IMG/VR virus record: IMGVR_UViG_3300050343_000196
Coordinates: 1-61,131 of that record
DNA length: 61,131 nt
DNA from: a virus
Lineage: Duplodnaviria > Caudoviricetes
Direction: 5' to 3' (one strand)
Positions 28,290 to 40,720 of this stretch are shown here, in pieces. Under the pieces are notes generated by a model. The model was given only the letters and a program-made list of their open reading frames with translations. It was not told where the DNA came from and did no database searches. The translations under genes and the position numbers were made by a program. Every line of letters starts with the position of its first letter. Within the stretch, counting starts at the first letter, position 1.

Positions 28290-31200
28290 ATGAGTTATAA
28301 GGGCACTTGCCAGTGAATAACCATTCCAAATATGATAATACGTTGAATTCATCTGTTGAATAATATTTTGTTCCTGACATTAACGTTCCACAACCTGATT
28401 GCTGTATATACTTGCGTTGTAGTTTCCAAGAGTTAGTTCCATTTATATATAAAGCCTCTTGCGCTTCCATCCTGCCACATAAGTCATTCGCTGCTGCATC
28501 TTCATCTAGTAGCAGGATTACTATTTGTATAATAAGGCTTGATACACTATTACAAGTTGATTGAGGTATTGTTACTGTGAGCTGTATCTCCTGTACAAGG
28601 CATCTGAACTACTTAATTGTTCCTGTTAAAGTTACACCCCCTGAAAGAGTTAATGCAACGCCGCTTATGTAATTGTGATTTTGTTGCACTTGTTGGGCTA
28701 ACTGTTCCTGAGCTTACACTAAACCCTATTGACGACTGTGCCGGTGTGGCCTGATCCAAATGTACCAGTTACAACTTGTGTTCCTGTTCCATTTGAACTA
28801 TTATAACTACCTTGAAGAACTTAAGTGAAAAAGAACAATCTAGCTGCATTTGCATTTTGACAAGCTGTACAACTATTATGGAATGTTTGTATTTCAGAAT
28901 CCATTGTTGAATCCCCACTGCTACTAGTCCCAGTTATTCTCATAACATGTTACTACTGGTAGAACCTAATTCAAATACTGTACCATTTGATAAAGTACAG
29001 GTCCACACTTGTATATCTTACAGTAATTACTTCATCATCATCTGAACAATTTGATTGGTAAGATTGCTTGCTGCATTATAAAATCTTTCTACAGATACGT
29101 TATGCTAGCCAAACCAGCTTATAGACATGAGAAACTTGATGTTTGAGTAATACCTGAAGCTGTTGCAACTAACTTTATAATAAACTATAACCTGCTGATG
29201 ACTTCATGTTACACTGGACAGACTTGCCGAAGTTGCACCCGATATATTTGTAAAACTACTGAATTATTAGTTGATTTACTGACCACTGATAACCTGTTGC
29301 TGTAAATCCAGATGCTGATGCTGTTAATGTTGTAGTTTGGTATTAATTGGTTTTGTACCCACACCACTTACTAGAAACAGAACAACCTGTACAATCTACA
29401 ACAAGATGATGATGGTTGGTAATGGGATAAGATCCTGCAACTTGAGCACTGTAAAACACTATCACTTCCAGTATAATTAGCATTAGTTATTTTGTAACAG
29501 CCATCTGTAAAACCACTACCTGTTAAATTAATAACTTGGCCATTTGTGATAACCAGCTACTATTTGTAATATTAAAATTATGATGTTGTAGCTTGCTGGA
29601 CAAAGCTTGTGCTGTTAGCTTTTTGTGTTGGCACTGGCCCACGTTACTGTTTTTTGCTGCAGGGTTTGTAATTCCACTTCCAGGAGTTGATCCCCCTGAA
29701 ACAGTACAAGCTATATGTAACATTTCCTGAAAAAGTATTTGCATACTGTTGCTGTATAAGTATTGCTTGAGCCACCTGATTGAACTTGAGAACCATCCTG
29801 CTGTCCAAACAAATGTGAGTCTCCAGCTAAAACCTGATTGTGCGATGCTGTTAAAACAACAGAGGCAAAAGAACTATGCTGTACCGTCACCACCTGTTAT
29901 TGACATAAGCATTACAACCTAACCATCCAACTGCTACCGCAAGAGTTCCCCCTGTATTATTTACGTAAGCTCTGATTACACCTGATACTAGAATATGTAC
30001 CAGCCGCTTATGCTACTTGTTGATCCATGATGTATTACTATAAAACTGTGTAGTTGTTCCTATGCTTGTTAAAGTATTACCGTATAATGTTACTTGATTA
30101 CTAGTATCTGTACAAGCTGATGTTGTTGGTGCTTGAAGCTGAACCAGAACCAACATAATTTAAAGTATATTGATGGAAAATTATCCCAAACTTATAGTAG
30201 CATTATTTGAATCTACTGCTGTTTTAGTATTACCGCTTTCAGTATAAGTAACAACACAATTATAATATGTTGTTTGACCAGCTGAATTACTAACTGTATT
30301 AAAGTTAACAGTTAATGTTTCGCTAGTTGCGCCTGATATATTACTTAAACTATTAGCTGCTGTTCCTCCTTGCCATTGGAATGTAGGTGTTACTCCTTGT
30401 GGTTCATTAGCTCTTGATGCTGCAGATAAAGTTACTGTTTGTAATTGGTTTTGGAAATCGTATATATAGGAATTAGTTGCGGATGCTGTAACATCAACTG
30501 TTGGCGTTAACATTAAAGTACAACTATTATGTGTACTTGCTAATGTAGGTGAAGCATCAAACTACTGCCTGAATATGATGCATCTTCTACTTTCCAATAA
30601 TCATTACTTTCTAATTGCGTTGTAAAACTAATTACATTACCATTAACTAATGTATTACCTCCATCTAAATCTACATTAAAATATCTATCAAAACTTGAAT
30701 TATTACATTTAGAAGCCCTTATACCTTGATTACCGGATAAACAAGAAACCGCAGATGAAGGTACACCTCCTGAGCTTATAAATCTGTGGTGATTGTTTGA
30801 CCCATTAGTTGAATTAGAATATGTTCCTTCTGAAAATCCAGATGTATTTCCTTGTATATTTGCATAAAATTCTGTTGCGCTTGTAAAAGAAGCGTTGTTA
30901 GCAAATATTGTTTTAGTTGTACCTGAGCTACATGCTCCTTGCGTTATAGAACTGCCTGCTGTAAATTTTAATGTAAATGAAGGTCTGTTGCTATACACAA
31001 CCGCATGCGCTGCAGAGTCCGTAGACCCATTTATTTTTACTTTATAATATTTAGTAGCAGCGGTTGTTTCTTGCGTGGTTAAAGTTACGCCTGTAGCACC
31101 GGCTATTAAATTGCTTGTGCCAGGAGTGAAATTAGAACTAGTGCCTTTGTACCACTGACGGGCTGTTACGGTTCCTGTTGTACTTGCTGTTAAAACTACA

Positions 31201-34200
31201 TTATCATAAGTAAATGCAGTTCCAGGGCCATTTATAACGACTGTTGCTGCTTGTGGGGCAGTTGCTGTTGCTTGTGTTGGAGGGGTTGTATTACATAATC
31301 CGCTTGTTATAGTAGCTGTTATTGTAACACCTTCGCTTAAAGTAACCGCTAATCCACCAGCTAATGCTGATTTTGTGGTTGTTGTTGGTGATATTGTTCC
31401 ACTATTAACTGTTAAGGCTATAGCATCAGAATTTGTATAATTAGTACCACTAAATGCTCCTGTTATTTGTGTACCACCTGATGAATATGTATTATTTGTT
31501 GTTAACGTAAATGCACAACTAGCCGCTGATCCCACTGCTGTATCTGTACACGATATAGTACCTGAATTTGAATAACCTGATGGTATATTTATTACAGCTG
31601 TGTATGTTTGAGTTCCTGCTGTATATGTAGTCGGGCTATAAGAAGCAATTGTTCCTAAACTAACAGTACCGCTAACTGCCTCACCAACTGTTCCGTTTGC
31701 AATTTGTAAATTAGCATTTTGAACAAGCAAACCCACCAGCAGTTGCTCCAGCGCTAGCTGAACAAGTAATCGTACTACCTGAATTATCAAAACCAGATGG
31801 TGCTAATATCGTTGCTGTATAAGCATTTGTTCCTGTTTGATATGTTGAAGGTAATATAGATTGTATTGTCCCTGATGAAACTGTCCCTGTTACTAAATCA
31901 CCTATTGTGCCGGCATTTATACTTAATCCAGTATTAGCACACCCAAATGTCACTGTTCCACTATGTGATGATATATTACCTAACCCTTGTACTGAAAAAT
32001 CTTTAATTATATCTTCCTGCTCAGCAGAAGATACACTATCAATATCTTCTTTAATACCTGATATTAATCCAAAATATTTACCTTCTTTTTCTTTAAATTC
32101 TAAAATTTGTCCTTTTTGTTGATCTGTAATTATTTCTTCAGAGCCTACAGTCCAACCAGTAGTTCCTTCATAACTTAAATTTTTAAAGTTTTTAATTGCA
32201 GAAGCTTCTTGATTAAATATTAATTTTATACCAGAAGTTTTTTCAAGACCATAAAATATATTTCTGCTTACATTTGCGTGATGCCTATATAATTCTCCTA
32301 AATAACAAGTATAATAATTGCCATTTAAAGAAACTCCACCATCTGGAATAAAATCTAATCTAGACACCCAACCATCTACATCTTCTTTAAAACTAATTGA
32401 AGTGTTTTCTGTAGGCAAAGTTAATATATATTGGTCTGAATAAATGTCATAACTTCCAATAATATCGTTATTTTCTGCTAATAGCTTTTCTCTAAAATAT
32501 GAAGACATACCTTTATCAGATATAACTGTTAGCCCATCTTTTGAAAGTCTTATTACAGCTCCCCTTGCCTTATCTGTAAAATATGATCTGTATCCATGAT
32601 TTGCAAATGATTCTGGATTTTTTGATATTCCATAATCACCATTATAAGCTACAGATTGCCCTAATACATTTTCAGTTGCGGTTAAATTAACATTTCCATC
32701 AGCATTAAATAGAGCGTCTTTGTTTGCTAATATTCTTAATATTTTATCCTCACATAAAGCTATTAAATCTGTATTTCTTGTATGTAGTTTTTGTATACTA
32801 CCATATTCTGGATTTAATTCTTTTGTTATTTTTAATCCTGTATTAAATTCATTTAATTTATTTACATCAGTTTCATCATTAAATATACCAGAATATATTA
32901 AAGAAGACTCTTTAGTTCTTTCTGTGTATTCTTTATCTATAATTGTTGAAACTTTTACACCGTTACCAATTTTATCTTCATTGAAATCATCTGCTATTAT
33001 ACTTGATTCAACACCATTTTGCATTATAAAAGCATTGAAAAAATCTAAATCAAAACCTTGAGAATTACTCCATTCAGTTATATCGTAAGCATTTGGTGTT
33101 TCATAATAAATATCTAAAGAATCATCATCAGGTATTGTTTCAAAAACTGCGGGTGATGAATCAGCTGTTACACCTGTATTTTGTGATGAATATGTAAATT
33201 TAAAATCAGTTGGAAAACCAGATGTGTTAAATTTAACTTCTACTTTTGTAATTTCACCAGATGAATCTAAATGAGGCTGTGTTCCTAAAGTTAATTGGCC
33301 TGCTTGGGCAGGAACAGTAGCGGAATTTGTGTACGTGCTACTACTGCCTATTAGCTCTGCGTAAGTTGTTGCATGATTCACTGACCCACTAAAATGAGAA
33401 GAATTAAAAACATCAACAACATTGTAACCATCAGGTATACTTCTTCTAACCTCTTTTACTTCTCCATCTTTAAAATAATATTGATAAAAGTCATCTTCAT
33501 GTGGTTCCTGTACTTCTCCTAAAAATAAAGCATTTGCTGGTACAGATCTTACTTGTGTAAAATCAGCATCATTAATTTCACCATTTGATCCCGCTAGCCC
33601 TTGATTATTATACACTTCATTTAAAACATAATAATTCTTTTTTATTTTAATAAAAAATTTACCATCAAAAGTTTCTGAAGCGTCTATGTTTTCTGGTTTA
33701 CTCTCTGATATATCTAAAGCTTTTATTTTAAAATCAGATTCAACATATAATGTATTTGTTGGAATATTTTCATTACTAGCCAAAGGTGTATTGCTGTTTA
33801 AAGCTTTTTTAAACATCATAAATTGCCCTTCTTTTATTTTATTTATTTCATAAGAAGGAACTACCAGCCAAAGTGTGTTTGCGTCTTCTAAATCTTTTTT
33901 AACATCTTGTACTATTATATTATTATAATTATTAGATGAAGACTTTATATAATATCTAAATTTTTTAATTCTACCGCTTCCTATTGCTTTAGTTGTATCT
34001 TCATTTTCATACGCGGCTAATGGAACACTGTTTGTGTTTTTAACATTAAACTTTTTACCGTAATCAGAATCAGGTGTTTCTAATAATGTTCCTGTATGGA
34101 AAAATACCTTTTTATATCCTGTTTCATTTGTTAATACAGGGGATTTTCTACCCTGCTTGTCTTGAAATACTACCCCTATTTGATATTCTCTACCGCTTTT

Positions 34201-35427
34201 TATAGTAGCTGTATCTTTTATACCAGTTGTTGTTGTTGCCCCTATAGCAGTTGTACCCGCCGCGTTTAAATATTCTCTAGTGCTTTCTGCGTTAATATTA
34301 CCTCTATCTTTTAATGCAATATCAAATTCAGGATTGTAATCATCTAAATTTAATCCATCTACATAATTACCAAATATTAATCTATTGCCAACAACATCTA
34401 CAGCTTTAGCTTTGTAAGGCACATTATCATACGCTCTTAATAATTGATCTTCAGATATAACCCCTTTCTTACTTGTTTTTGATATATCAACTCCTGTTTC
34501 AAATTTAGTTTTTATATCATCATATTTAATTCTTTTATATAAATAAACATTAGTATTATTTGATTCTTTATATAATATATCTACAGATTTTATATTGTTT
34601 ACAGTTTCTGTTTTATTGTTTAAATTAGCACCATATTCTATATTAACTAAAGAAGCCCCGGTTAAGTTATTAAACATAGATTCGTTATATCCTTCATCAA
34701 TATCATACTCTTGAGCCGCGCTTGGTAAAAATACAGGATTACTAAAAGGTGAATATGTTGAATATTGACCATTACTAAATTTCCATCTATAAGCAAACCT
34801 TACAAATTTATCTCTATGTATTGCATCTACTTCATTAGCCTTATTTGCAGCCCAAGTAATATCATATTTTATTTTTGGTGCATTTAAAGGAGCTTTTCTT
34901 ATAACCGTTACATCTGACTCAATAAAGTTTACACCATTAATTTGTGTTGTTGTTGTGTAATTAGTAGATCCAGCTATAAATATTGAATCATCAGAAATAT
35001 CAATAATTTTAGGTTCAGAATTATTATCTGTAAATATTAAAAAATCTTCTAATATAGTTATACCTGTTAATTTTTCATCAGTAAAATTTAATACAGCGTC
35101 TGGTCTTGATTTATTTTCTATTAATACAGGCTTAGACGTTCTATCTGCTTCATTATACTCAATAACAGCATCAACATTTGTTCCTCTAATAAATAAATAT
35201 ATTTTTTCAGTTTCAGTATTTTCTACAATACCAATACATTTTCCTCCTAATTCATAAATAGACTCTTTATAATTACCTAATATATTTTGTACTGTTCCAG
35301 CGTCACTACCTTCTGTGCTAGATATTTGTATATTTGAAGCATCTCTATACTCACCGTCTGGGATTAATCTCTCATCGAGGTCCTGATTCATCTTTCCACG
35401 AAGGAAAACCTTTTTTATTTCTGGCAT
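28290..35427 (-). CDS. Tail stabilisation/nozzle-type protein with long Thr/Ser/Gly/Cys-rich C-terminal extension (multiply frameshifted)
   Basis: GKMNQDLDERLIPDGEYRDASNI, RFAYRWK, GNRLIFGNY, YGISKNPESF, KEKEGKYF; reading continues into fragments 30540..31790, 30181..30513 and others; 3' end approximate. Confidence 0.7.
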
Positions 35428-35430
35428 GTA

Positions 35431-36517
35431 TTAATGTTTAATCTGCTTAGACTTGCCTCTCATTACTTGAGTAAGCTCTTTTAATTTAAGGTTAGATAAT
35501 CTTAATTTAGCATTACGCATTGCTGCTCTTCTATCTCTTCTAAATCTATTTACTATGTACTCTGGGATGTTTGCTTTTGCAGATAATACCGCATGAGCTA
35601 TGTATTTATATATTGCTTCTTCTGCTAATTTATGTATTTGCATTTCATTATCAGTACCAAGTCCGTCTGAAACATATTTTAATGTTATGACTTTCCCTGC
35701 TAAATTGCTGCTGAAACCAAACTGCCCGTTTGCTTCATCTATTATAAATACACCGTTTATTTGTGTAGTTTCTGGATCTATACCAAATCTTTTACCTTCA
35801 CCCAGCATTGCATTTCTGTCATTGTCTGAATAAAAGTAATCATCATTTAATTCTGTAGTTGGTACATTTTTAAATCTTTCTGTGGTTAAGGATGTAGCTG
35901 TTAATAATGTTTCGTCATTATCATATAAGTATTCAGCTGTATCATCTTGTAAGTATTGCTTGTGATGGTCTTGAAGTTATCTTTGAAGGATATATTACTC
36001 TTTCTAATCCATCTCCGTCTATCCATGCTAATTGTGTATAATTAACATAATCTTGCGGCATTGGTATTGTAAGTGATGCTCCTACTTCTATTTCCTGTAT
36101 TTTTTCAACTCTTGATACATCATAGCTAAATTCCTGTATTGCTCTTTTAGTATGAAACAATACATCAAGTTTTCTTGCATTATCAATAATTTTACCATCT
36201 CCTACATATGAAACCATAAAGTTATTTACAATATCATTTAAAGCAATATATCTGTAGCTACCATGCTTTATGTTTTTTAACTTAACTTGTATTGCTGTTC
36301 CATTAGCCGGAGCGGTTGTAAATGTTATTACACCTGTATTAGCAACATAAGTATATTGATCATCATCAATTTCATTTCCCGCTTGATATACTATAAAATC
36401 ATTTTCTACAGCTGGTAATGGGTCAAATGTAACAGTAAAATTTTTGTTAGAACCGTCACCAGTAAAATTATTCGCTACTGTGTAGTATTCTTTAGCTGTT
36501 TGTGTTATTAGTCCCAT
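35431..36517 (-). CDS. Head-tail adaptor/ring-type structural protein (frameshift near 35945)
   Basis: Fragments 35942..36517 and 35431..35808; HTKRAIQEFSYD, MPQDYVNY, YVSDGL. Confidence 0.7.
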
Positions 36518-36520
36518 TTA

Positions 36521-37225
36521 TTAAGATTTTTCTTGTGTTAGTTTTTTTGTTTCTTTTGCATCTGCTAATTGAGCTATATTAGGATCTTTAATACTTACTC
36601 CTGCATATAACAATATTTTTAATACAAGATTTGTTTCTTCAGATTCGTGTAGTTCAAAATCAGTAGAGGCACTAGCATTATATAAAGCATTACCCACAAC
36701 AGTTTGAGAACTCCATGTGACTTCATTTGGTTTTCTAACATATGTTATTGATATGTTTGCATTTATAGTAGTTGGATAAACTATTAGCCCCCAGTGATTA
36801 GAAGTATTTCCTATGTTTTGGATATATACGGGATTACTAGTTGTAGGCGCTGTAAGTTTTGATAATTGATATTCTAATAAATTTTTCTTATCAATTTGTT
36901 CAACAGGTGTTGTATTATTATATATTACAGTTCCTAATTTATGTAAATCGGATGGTAAATGAAAATGGTCCGTCATGTATGATACACTTGCGGACTTTTT
37001 AAATTTACTTAATTTTTCGTTTATTAATTTTGGCAAATCAGAGTACTCAGTATCATTTTTTGGTAATCTGTTATATTGATTTAAGTCAAAGAAATACTGT
37101 TCGAATACTTCAAGCTGTGCTTGATTTGCAAACAAATTAAATTCTTGTGGCGTTACATACCCACGGTTTTCTTTATTAAGAATAGCTAATACTCTTTGAT
37201 ATACTGTATCTATACTAACTGCCAT
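36521..37225 (-). CDS. Head-tail connector/ring-type structural protein
   Basis: VSIDTVYQRVLAILNKENRGYVTPQEFNLFANQAQ; DFELHESEE. Confidence 0.7.
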   Translation of the reverse strand: MAVSIDTVYQRVLAILNKENRGYVTPQEFNLFANQAQLEVFEQYFFDLNQYNRLPKNDTEYSDLPKLINEKLSKFKKSASVSYMTDHFHLPSDLHKLGTVIYNNTTPVEQIDKKNLLEYQLSKLTAPTTSNPVYIQNIGNTSNHWGLIVYPTTINANISITYVRKPNEVTWSSQTVVGNALYNASASTDFELHESEETNLVLKILLYAGVSIKDPNIAQLADAKETKKLTQEKS

Positions 37226-37245
37226 ATTTTTTATTTATTATAATA

Positions 37246-37268
37246 ATAGCCACCATTACAGTGGCTAT
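37246..37268 (-). terminator. Stem-loop ATAGCCAC/GTGGCTAT
   Basis: 8-bp perfect inverted repeat, intergenic. Confidence 0.5.
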
Positions 37269-37283
37269 CACTATAATGAGACT

Positions 37284-38030
37284 TTATTTTAGTCTTTTTT
37301 CAATTGATTTATAAACTTCTAAGCCTTCATCTGTTTTTAAGAAAGCTGTAAAAGCGGAATAAGGATGTTCATCAAATGGAACTGTCATAATTTTCTTATC
37401 AGTTTTTGCCCACTTAAATGTTCTTTGATCTTCAGATAATCTTAATATTCCAAGTTCAGAGGCTTTTAAAGCCATATTCCTAATATTAATATCATCGTCA
37501 TTAGCTAGTTCTAAGAAGAGTTGTGGCTCATTCTTAGCAAATAGTAATAGATCTCTTTTAATCTCCTTAGAAGTCATCTTAGATACCTCAGATCCAACCT
37601 CAGACCTTATAACAGCTTCTGCTTGATCAATATCCATTGATTTTGCCACCATTAAAGCTTCTATTTCTAATTCAAGTATATCTAAATCATCTTCTGCTTC
37701 CTGTTCTGCATCAAATTCTGCAAATATTTGACCCCTTTGAGGGTGAAATAATGACATTAATTTTTGCAAAGTTTGTTTTTCTTTTGGTACATTTAATATA
37801 CCGTCTTCAAAAACTATATGACCAAGTCTTGCGTCGCCTTTAAATTCGTCTACGAAACAAGTTTTTTGGTTTACCGTGTATTTTAGTTCTCTTTCAAAGC
37901 CTTTTTCTTTGTCAAACCAAAATATACTTTTACTTTTAATTGTGTATGTAAGTGGTGATTTTCCACTTAAAAGATAGTATGTTCTATCTTTAATCTCCCA
38001 TTTAGGGGCTGTTGTTACTTTTGTTGCCAT
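37284..38030 (-). CDS. Conserved hypothetical protein downstream of the capsid gene
   Basis: 248-aa ORF. Confidence 0.75.
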   Translation of the reverse strand: MATKVTTAPKWEIKDRTYYLLSGKSPLTYTIKSKSIFWFDKEKGFERELKYTVNQKTCFVDEFKGDARLGHIVFEDGILNVPKEKQTLQKLMSLFHPQRGQIFAEFDAEQEAEDDLDILELEIEALMVAKSMDIDQAEAVIRSEVGSEVSKMTSKEIKRDLLLFAKNEPQLFLELANDDDINIRNMALKASELGILRLSEDQRTFKWAKTDKKIMTVPFDEHPYSAFTAFLKTDEGLEVYKSIEKRLK

Positions 38031-38066
38031 AATATAATAAGATTAAATAATAAAAAAATATAAGAA

Positions 38067-38086
38067 TCCCCAGCCGAAGCCAGGGA
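38067..38086 (-). terminator. Rho-independent terminator after the capsid gene
   Basis: TCCCTGGC-TTCG-GCTGGGGA followed by a T-rich tract. Confidence 0.8.
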
Positions 38087-38106
38087 AATCTCATATTAAA
38101 TAAGGA

Positions 38107-39510
38107 TTAGTTTAATAACATAAAGTTATTAGCACCTTGTACTACTAAACATCTTTCAGATAAATAGTGTACCTCCATTGCGTCTAGATCAGAAGTAGTC
38201 GCACCACCTACAGAACCTGTAGTCCAAGATTTCATCTTTCTGTCATCAGCTTCAGAAGCTCTATATCTGACGTGAAGGAATGGTCTTTTGATGTTCTTAC
38301 CTAATGTTTGATCGTAAACTGTTGATGTTCCAGCAGGTACCACTACACCTCTAATGTTAGTGAATGCACCACCTGTTGTAATATCATTTAAGTATTTCCA
38401 GTCTGTTTTGTAGAAGTCATAAGAACCTCTTCTGAAACCAGAGAAACCTAAATTAAGTGCCATATCTTCGCTGTTTGAGAAAACACCGTAAGATGTACCA
38501 CCTGTACCATAAGAATTTTGAGCCGCTAGCATGTCGTCAATGTTTAATGCAACATCTCTGTTTACAAATAACATGTTTTCTTCAATTGCACCTTGCGTAT
38601 CTAATTTCTTAAGAATTTCATCAAAGTCAGCTAAATCTTCAGTTGCTGTGTTACCATCAACACCTGCAGTTACGTGACCTCTATCTTCGATTGCTGCGAA
38701 TAAACCTTCAGTACCACCTATTCCAGTTACAGTAGATGCACCTGAGTTAGCTACTGCTAATTCACCTTCTACCATAGACATTTCTAAGTAATCCTCGAAT
38801 CTAGTTCTTGTATCACCTTCTGCCTTTAAGTACCATAAGTAACCTGATTGTCCGTTTTCGCCTGTAATTTCAACCCAACCTACTTGAGAAGCATCAGATC
38901 CTGAAATCTCATACTTATCTTTTAATATGATTGGCTTGTTTGTAAACGACTTGAAAGATGGCGTTACTGCACCTGTCATACCGTTCGTAGCTTTTGCAAA
39001 TTCAGAACCGATAACAAAGATTGTTACTGTTTCAGAGTTTGTAAATGCTGGAGCTGTACTAAATAATGCTTTATCGTATCTCTTAAGCGTTAAAGTAGTG
39101 TTGTCTGCTGCGATTGCTGATACGTATGCGTTAGCAACTTTACCAGATGAACCACCTTTTAATTTTACTGTTTGACCTACTCTTATTGCGTGTGTACCTG
39201 AGTTTGCAATAGTTACAACACCTGATGTTGTATTTAATGCACCTGTGTACGTTAAGTGTAGTCTACCTTGCTCAGACCAAATGATTTGATCAGAAGTCAT
39301 AGGCATTTCTGCACCTACCATTCTTAAGAAGCTAGCGATAGATCTGTCTCCATATCTTTCAACTTCTGCTTCGTATAAATCTGGTAAGTACTGCTGTGAC
39401 CAATCGTTAGCACCACCTGTAAATGATAGGTAGTTTGTTGCTAGCGTTTGTTTAACTGGAGCTGGTACCGCGTTTAGATTGGTACCGCCCGTTGGAGTTA
39501 TTACTGCCAT
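38107..39510 (-). CDS. Major capsid protein
   Basis: 467 aa; position after scaffold; highly-expressed codon bias; QQYLPDLYEAEVERYG, WSEQGRLH, GFSGFRRGSYDF. Confidence 0.85.
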   Translation of the reverse strand: MAVITPTGGTNLNAVPAPVKQTLATNYLSFTGGANDWSQQYLPDLYEAEVERYGDRSIASFLRMVGAEMPMTSDQIIWSEQGRLHLTYTGALNTTSGVVTIANSGTHAIRVGQTVKLKGGSSGKVANAYVSAIAADNTTLTLKRYDKALFSTAPAFTNSETVTIFVIGSEFAKATNGMTGAVTPSFKSFTNKPIILKDKYEISGSDASQVGWVEITGENGQSGYLWYLKAEGDTRTRFEDYLEMSMVEGELAVANSGASTVTGIGGTEGLFAAIEDRGHVTAGVDGNTATEDLADFDEILKKLDTQGAIEENMLFVNRDVALNIDDMLAAQNSYGTGGTSYGVFSNSEDMALNLGFSGFRRGSYDFYKTDWKYLNDITTGGAFTNIRGVVVPAGTSTVYDQTLGKNIKRPFLHVRYRASEADDRKMKSWTTGSVGGATTSDLDAMEVHYLSERCLVVQGANNFMLLN

Positions 39511-39530
39511 TTTTATTTATTTTTTTAAAG

Positions 39531-40688
39531 TTATTTTCTAAGTTTAATTTTTAACTTTGAACTATCATCCCCAGAAATTGCTCTTATTTTTACTCCCCCA
39601 GTTTCAACTGTGCCAGCTTTACGCGGATCCATATTTATATTTTTTGAATCTGCATTTAACTGTTTTATAGCATCAGCTTTACCTTGTTCGTAAAAATGAT
39701 TTGCAACTGCATCTGCATTGTCTGCAACGAAGAGTGCTTTATGATAACCTTTAGCGTCTTGTAACATATTATCTTTACTGATATACTTATCTAGTACGTT
39801 TAATATATTTGCTTGCTTATCTAAAACTTTTTGTTTATCATTAACATTGTATCTATACTTTTTGTCTCCTACTTCAAATTCAAAACCTTTGAATTCATCG
39901 TTAAAAACTTTTTTAGATTCATTATTAAAATGACTTACTTGCTCTTCTTGTAGCTTTGCTTGTTCTGATTGTTCAGAGTTGTAGGTATTGAAAAACTCGA
40001 TAGCTTGTTGCTGATCTCCGGTTAACTTAGAACCCAACTTGACTTCTTTGTAATATTTGTCCTTTAATCCTTCCAAATAGCTTTTAGCTTTTGCAATCTC
40101 TTCTTTATAAGCGAGTTTTTTTCGCTTAATATCTCTAGGCTCATCAACTTCATCATCAAATGAAAAATTATCATCAATTAAAAAATCAATTTCATCTTTT
40201 GATAAATGTGATTTAGTCTGATTATAATATTCATATAATAAGGTTGAGTCTTCTATGTTAGTATAATCTTGATTAATTTTAACATAATCCTCGAGTGTTC
40301 CACCAGTTTCATTCATGAAGTCTACAACTTTTTGAATGTTTTCTGGTAATTCTGTTGCTGTGTCCTGTGAGGTTTGTACAGCTTCTTCTACTTTGTCTTG
40401 CAGTTCCTGTACTTCTTCTTTTACCTCTTCTTTAGGTTCTTCTTTTGTTTCTTCTTCAATTACTTCTTCTAAAGTTAATTGACTATCTTCTTGAACCTCT
40501 TCAGTAACCTCTTCTTTTTGTTCTTCCTGAACAGGCTCTGTTTTTTGTTCTACCGGTTTGCTTAAATCAACTTTATACATACCGTCTTCGGTTTTACCCG
40601 TGTCTTGTCCTGCTGCTTCAAGTACTTTTTCTTCCTTTTCTGCGGCAGTTGGTGTTTCGTCAACTACGACGTCTTTGTTTTCTTCCAT
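39531..40688 (-). CDS. Scaffolding protein
   Basis: Very acidic N-terminus; lies between portal and capsid genes. Confidence 0.72.
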   Translation of the reverse strand: MEENKDVVVDETPTAAEKEEKVLEAAGQDTGKTEDGMYKVDLSKPVEQKTEPVQEEQKEEVTEEVQEDSQLTLEEVIEEETKEEPKEEVKEEVQELQDKVEEAVQTSQDTATELPENIQKVVDFMNETGGTLEDYVKINQDYTNIEDSTLLYEYYNQTKSHLSKDEIDFLIDDNFSFDDEVDEPRDIKRKKLAYKEEIAKAKSYLEGLKDKYYKEVKLGSKLTGDQQQAIEFFNTYNSEQSEQAKLQEEQVSHFNNESKKVFNDEFKGFEFEVGDKKYRYNVNDKQKVLDKQANILNVLDKYISKDNMLQDAKGYHKALFVADNADAVANHFYEQGKADAIKQLNADSKNINMDPRKAGTVETGGVKIRAISGDDSSKLKIKLRK

Positions 40689-40720
40689 GATAAAATATTA
40701 TAAAAATGTGTTTGCAGTTT

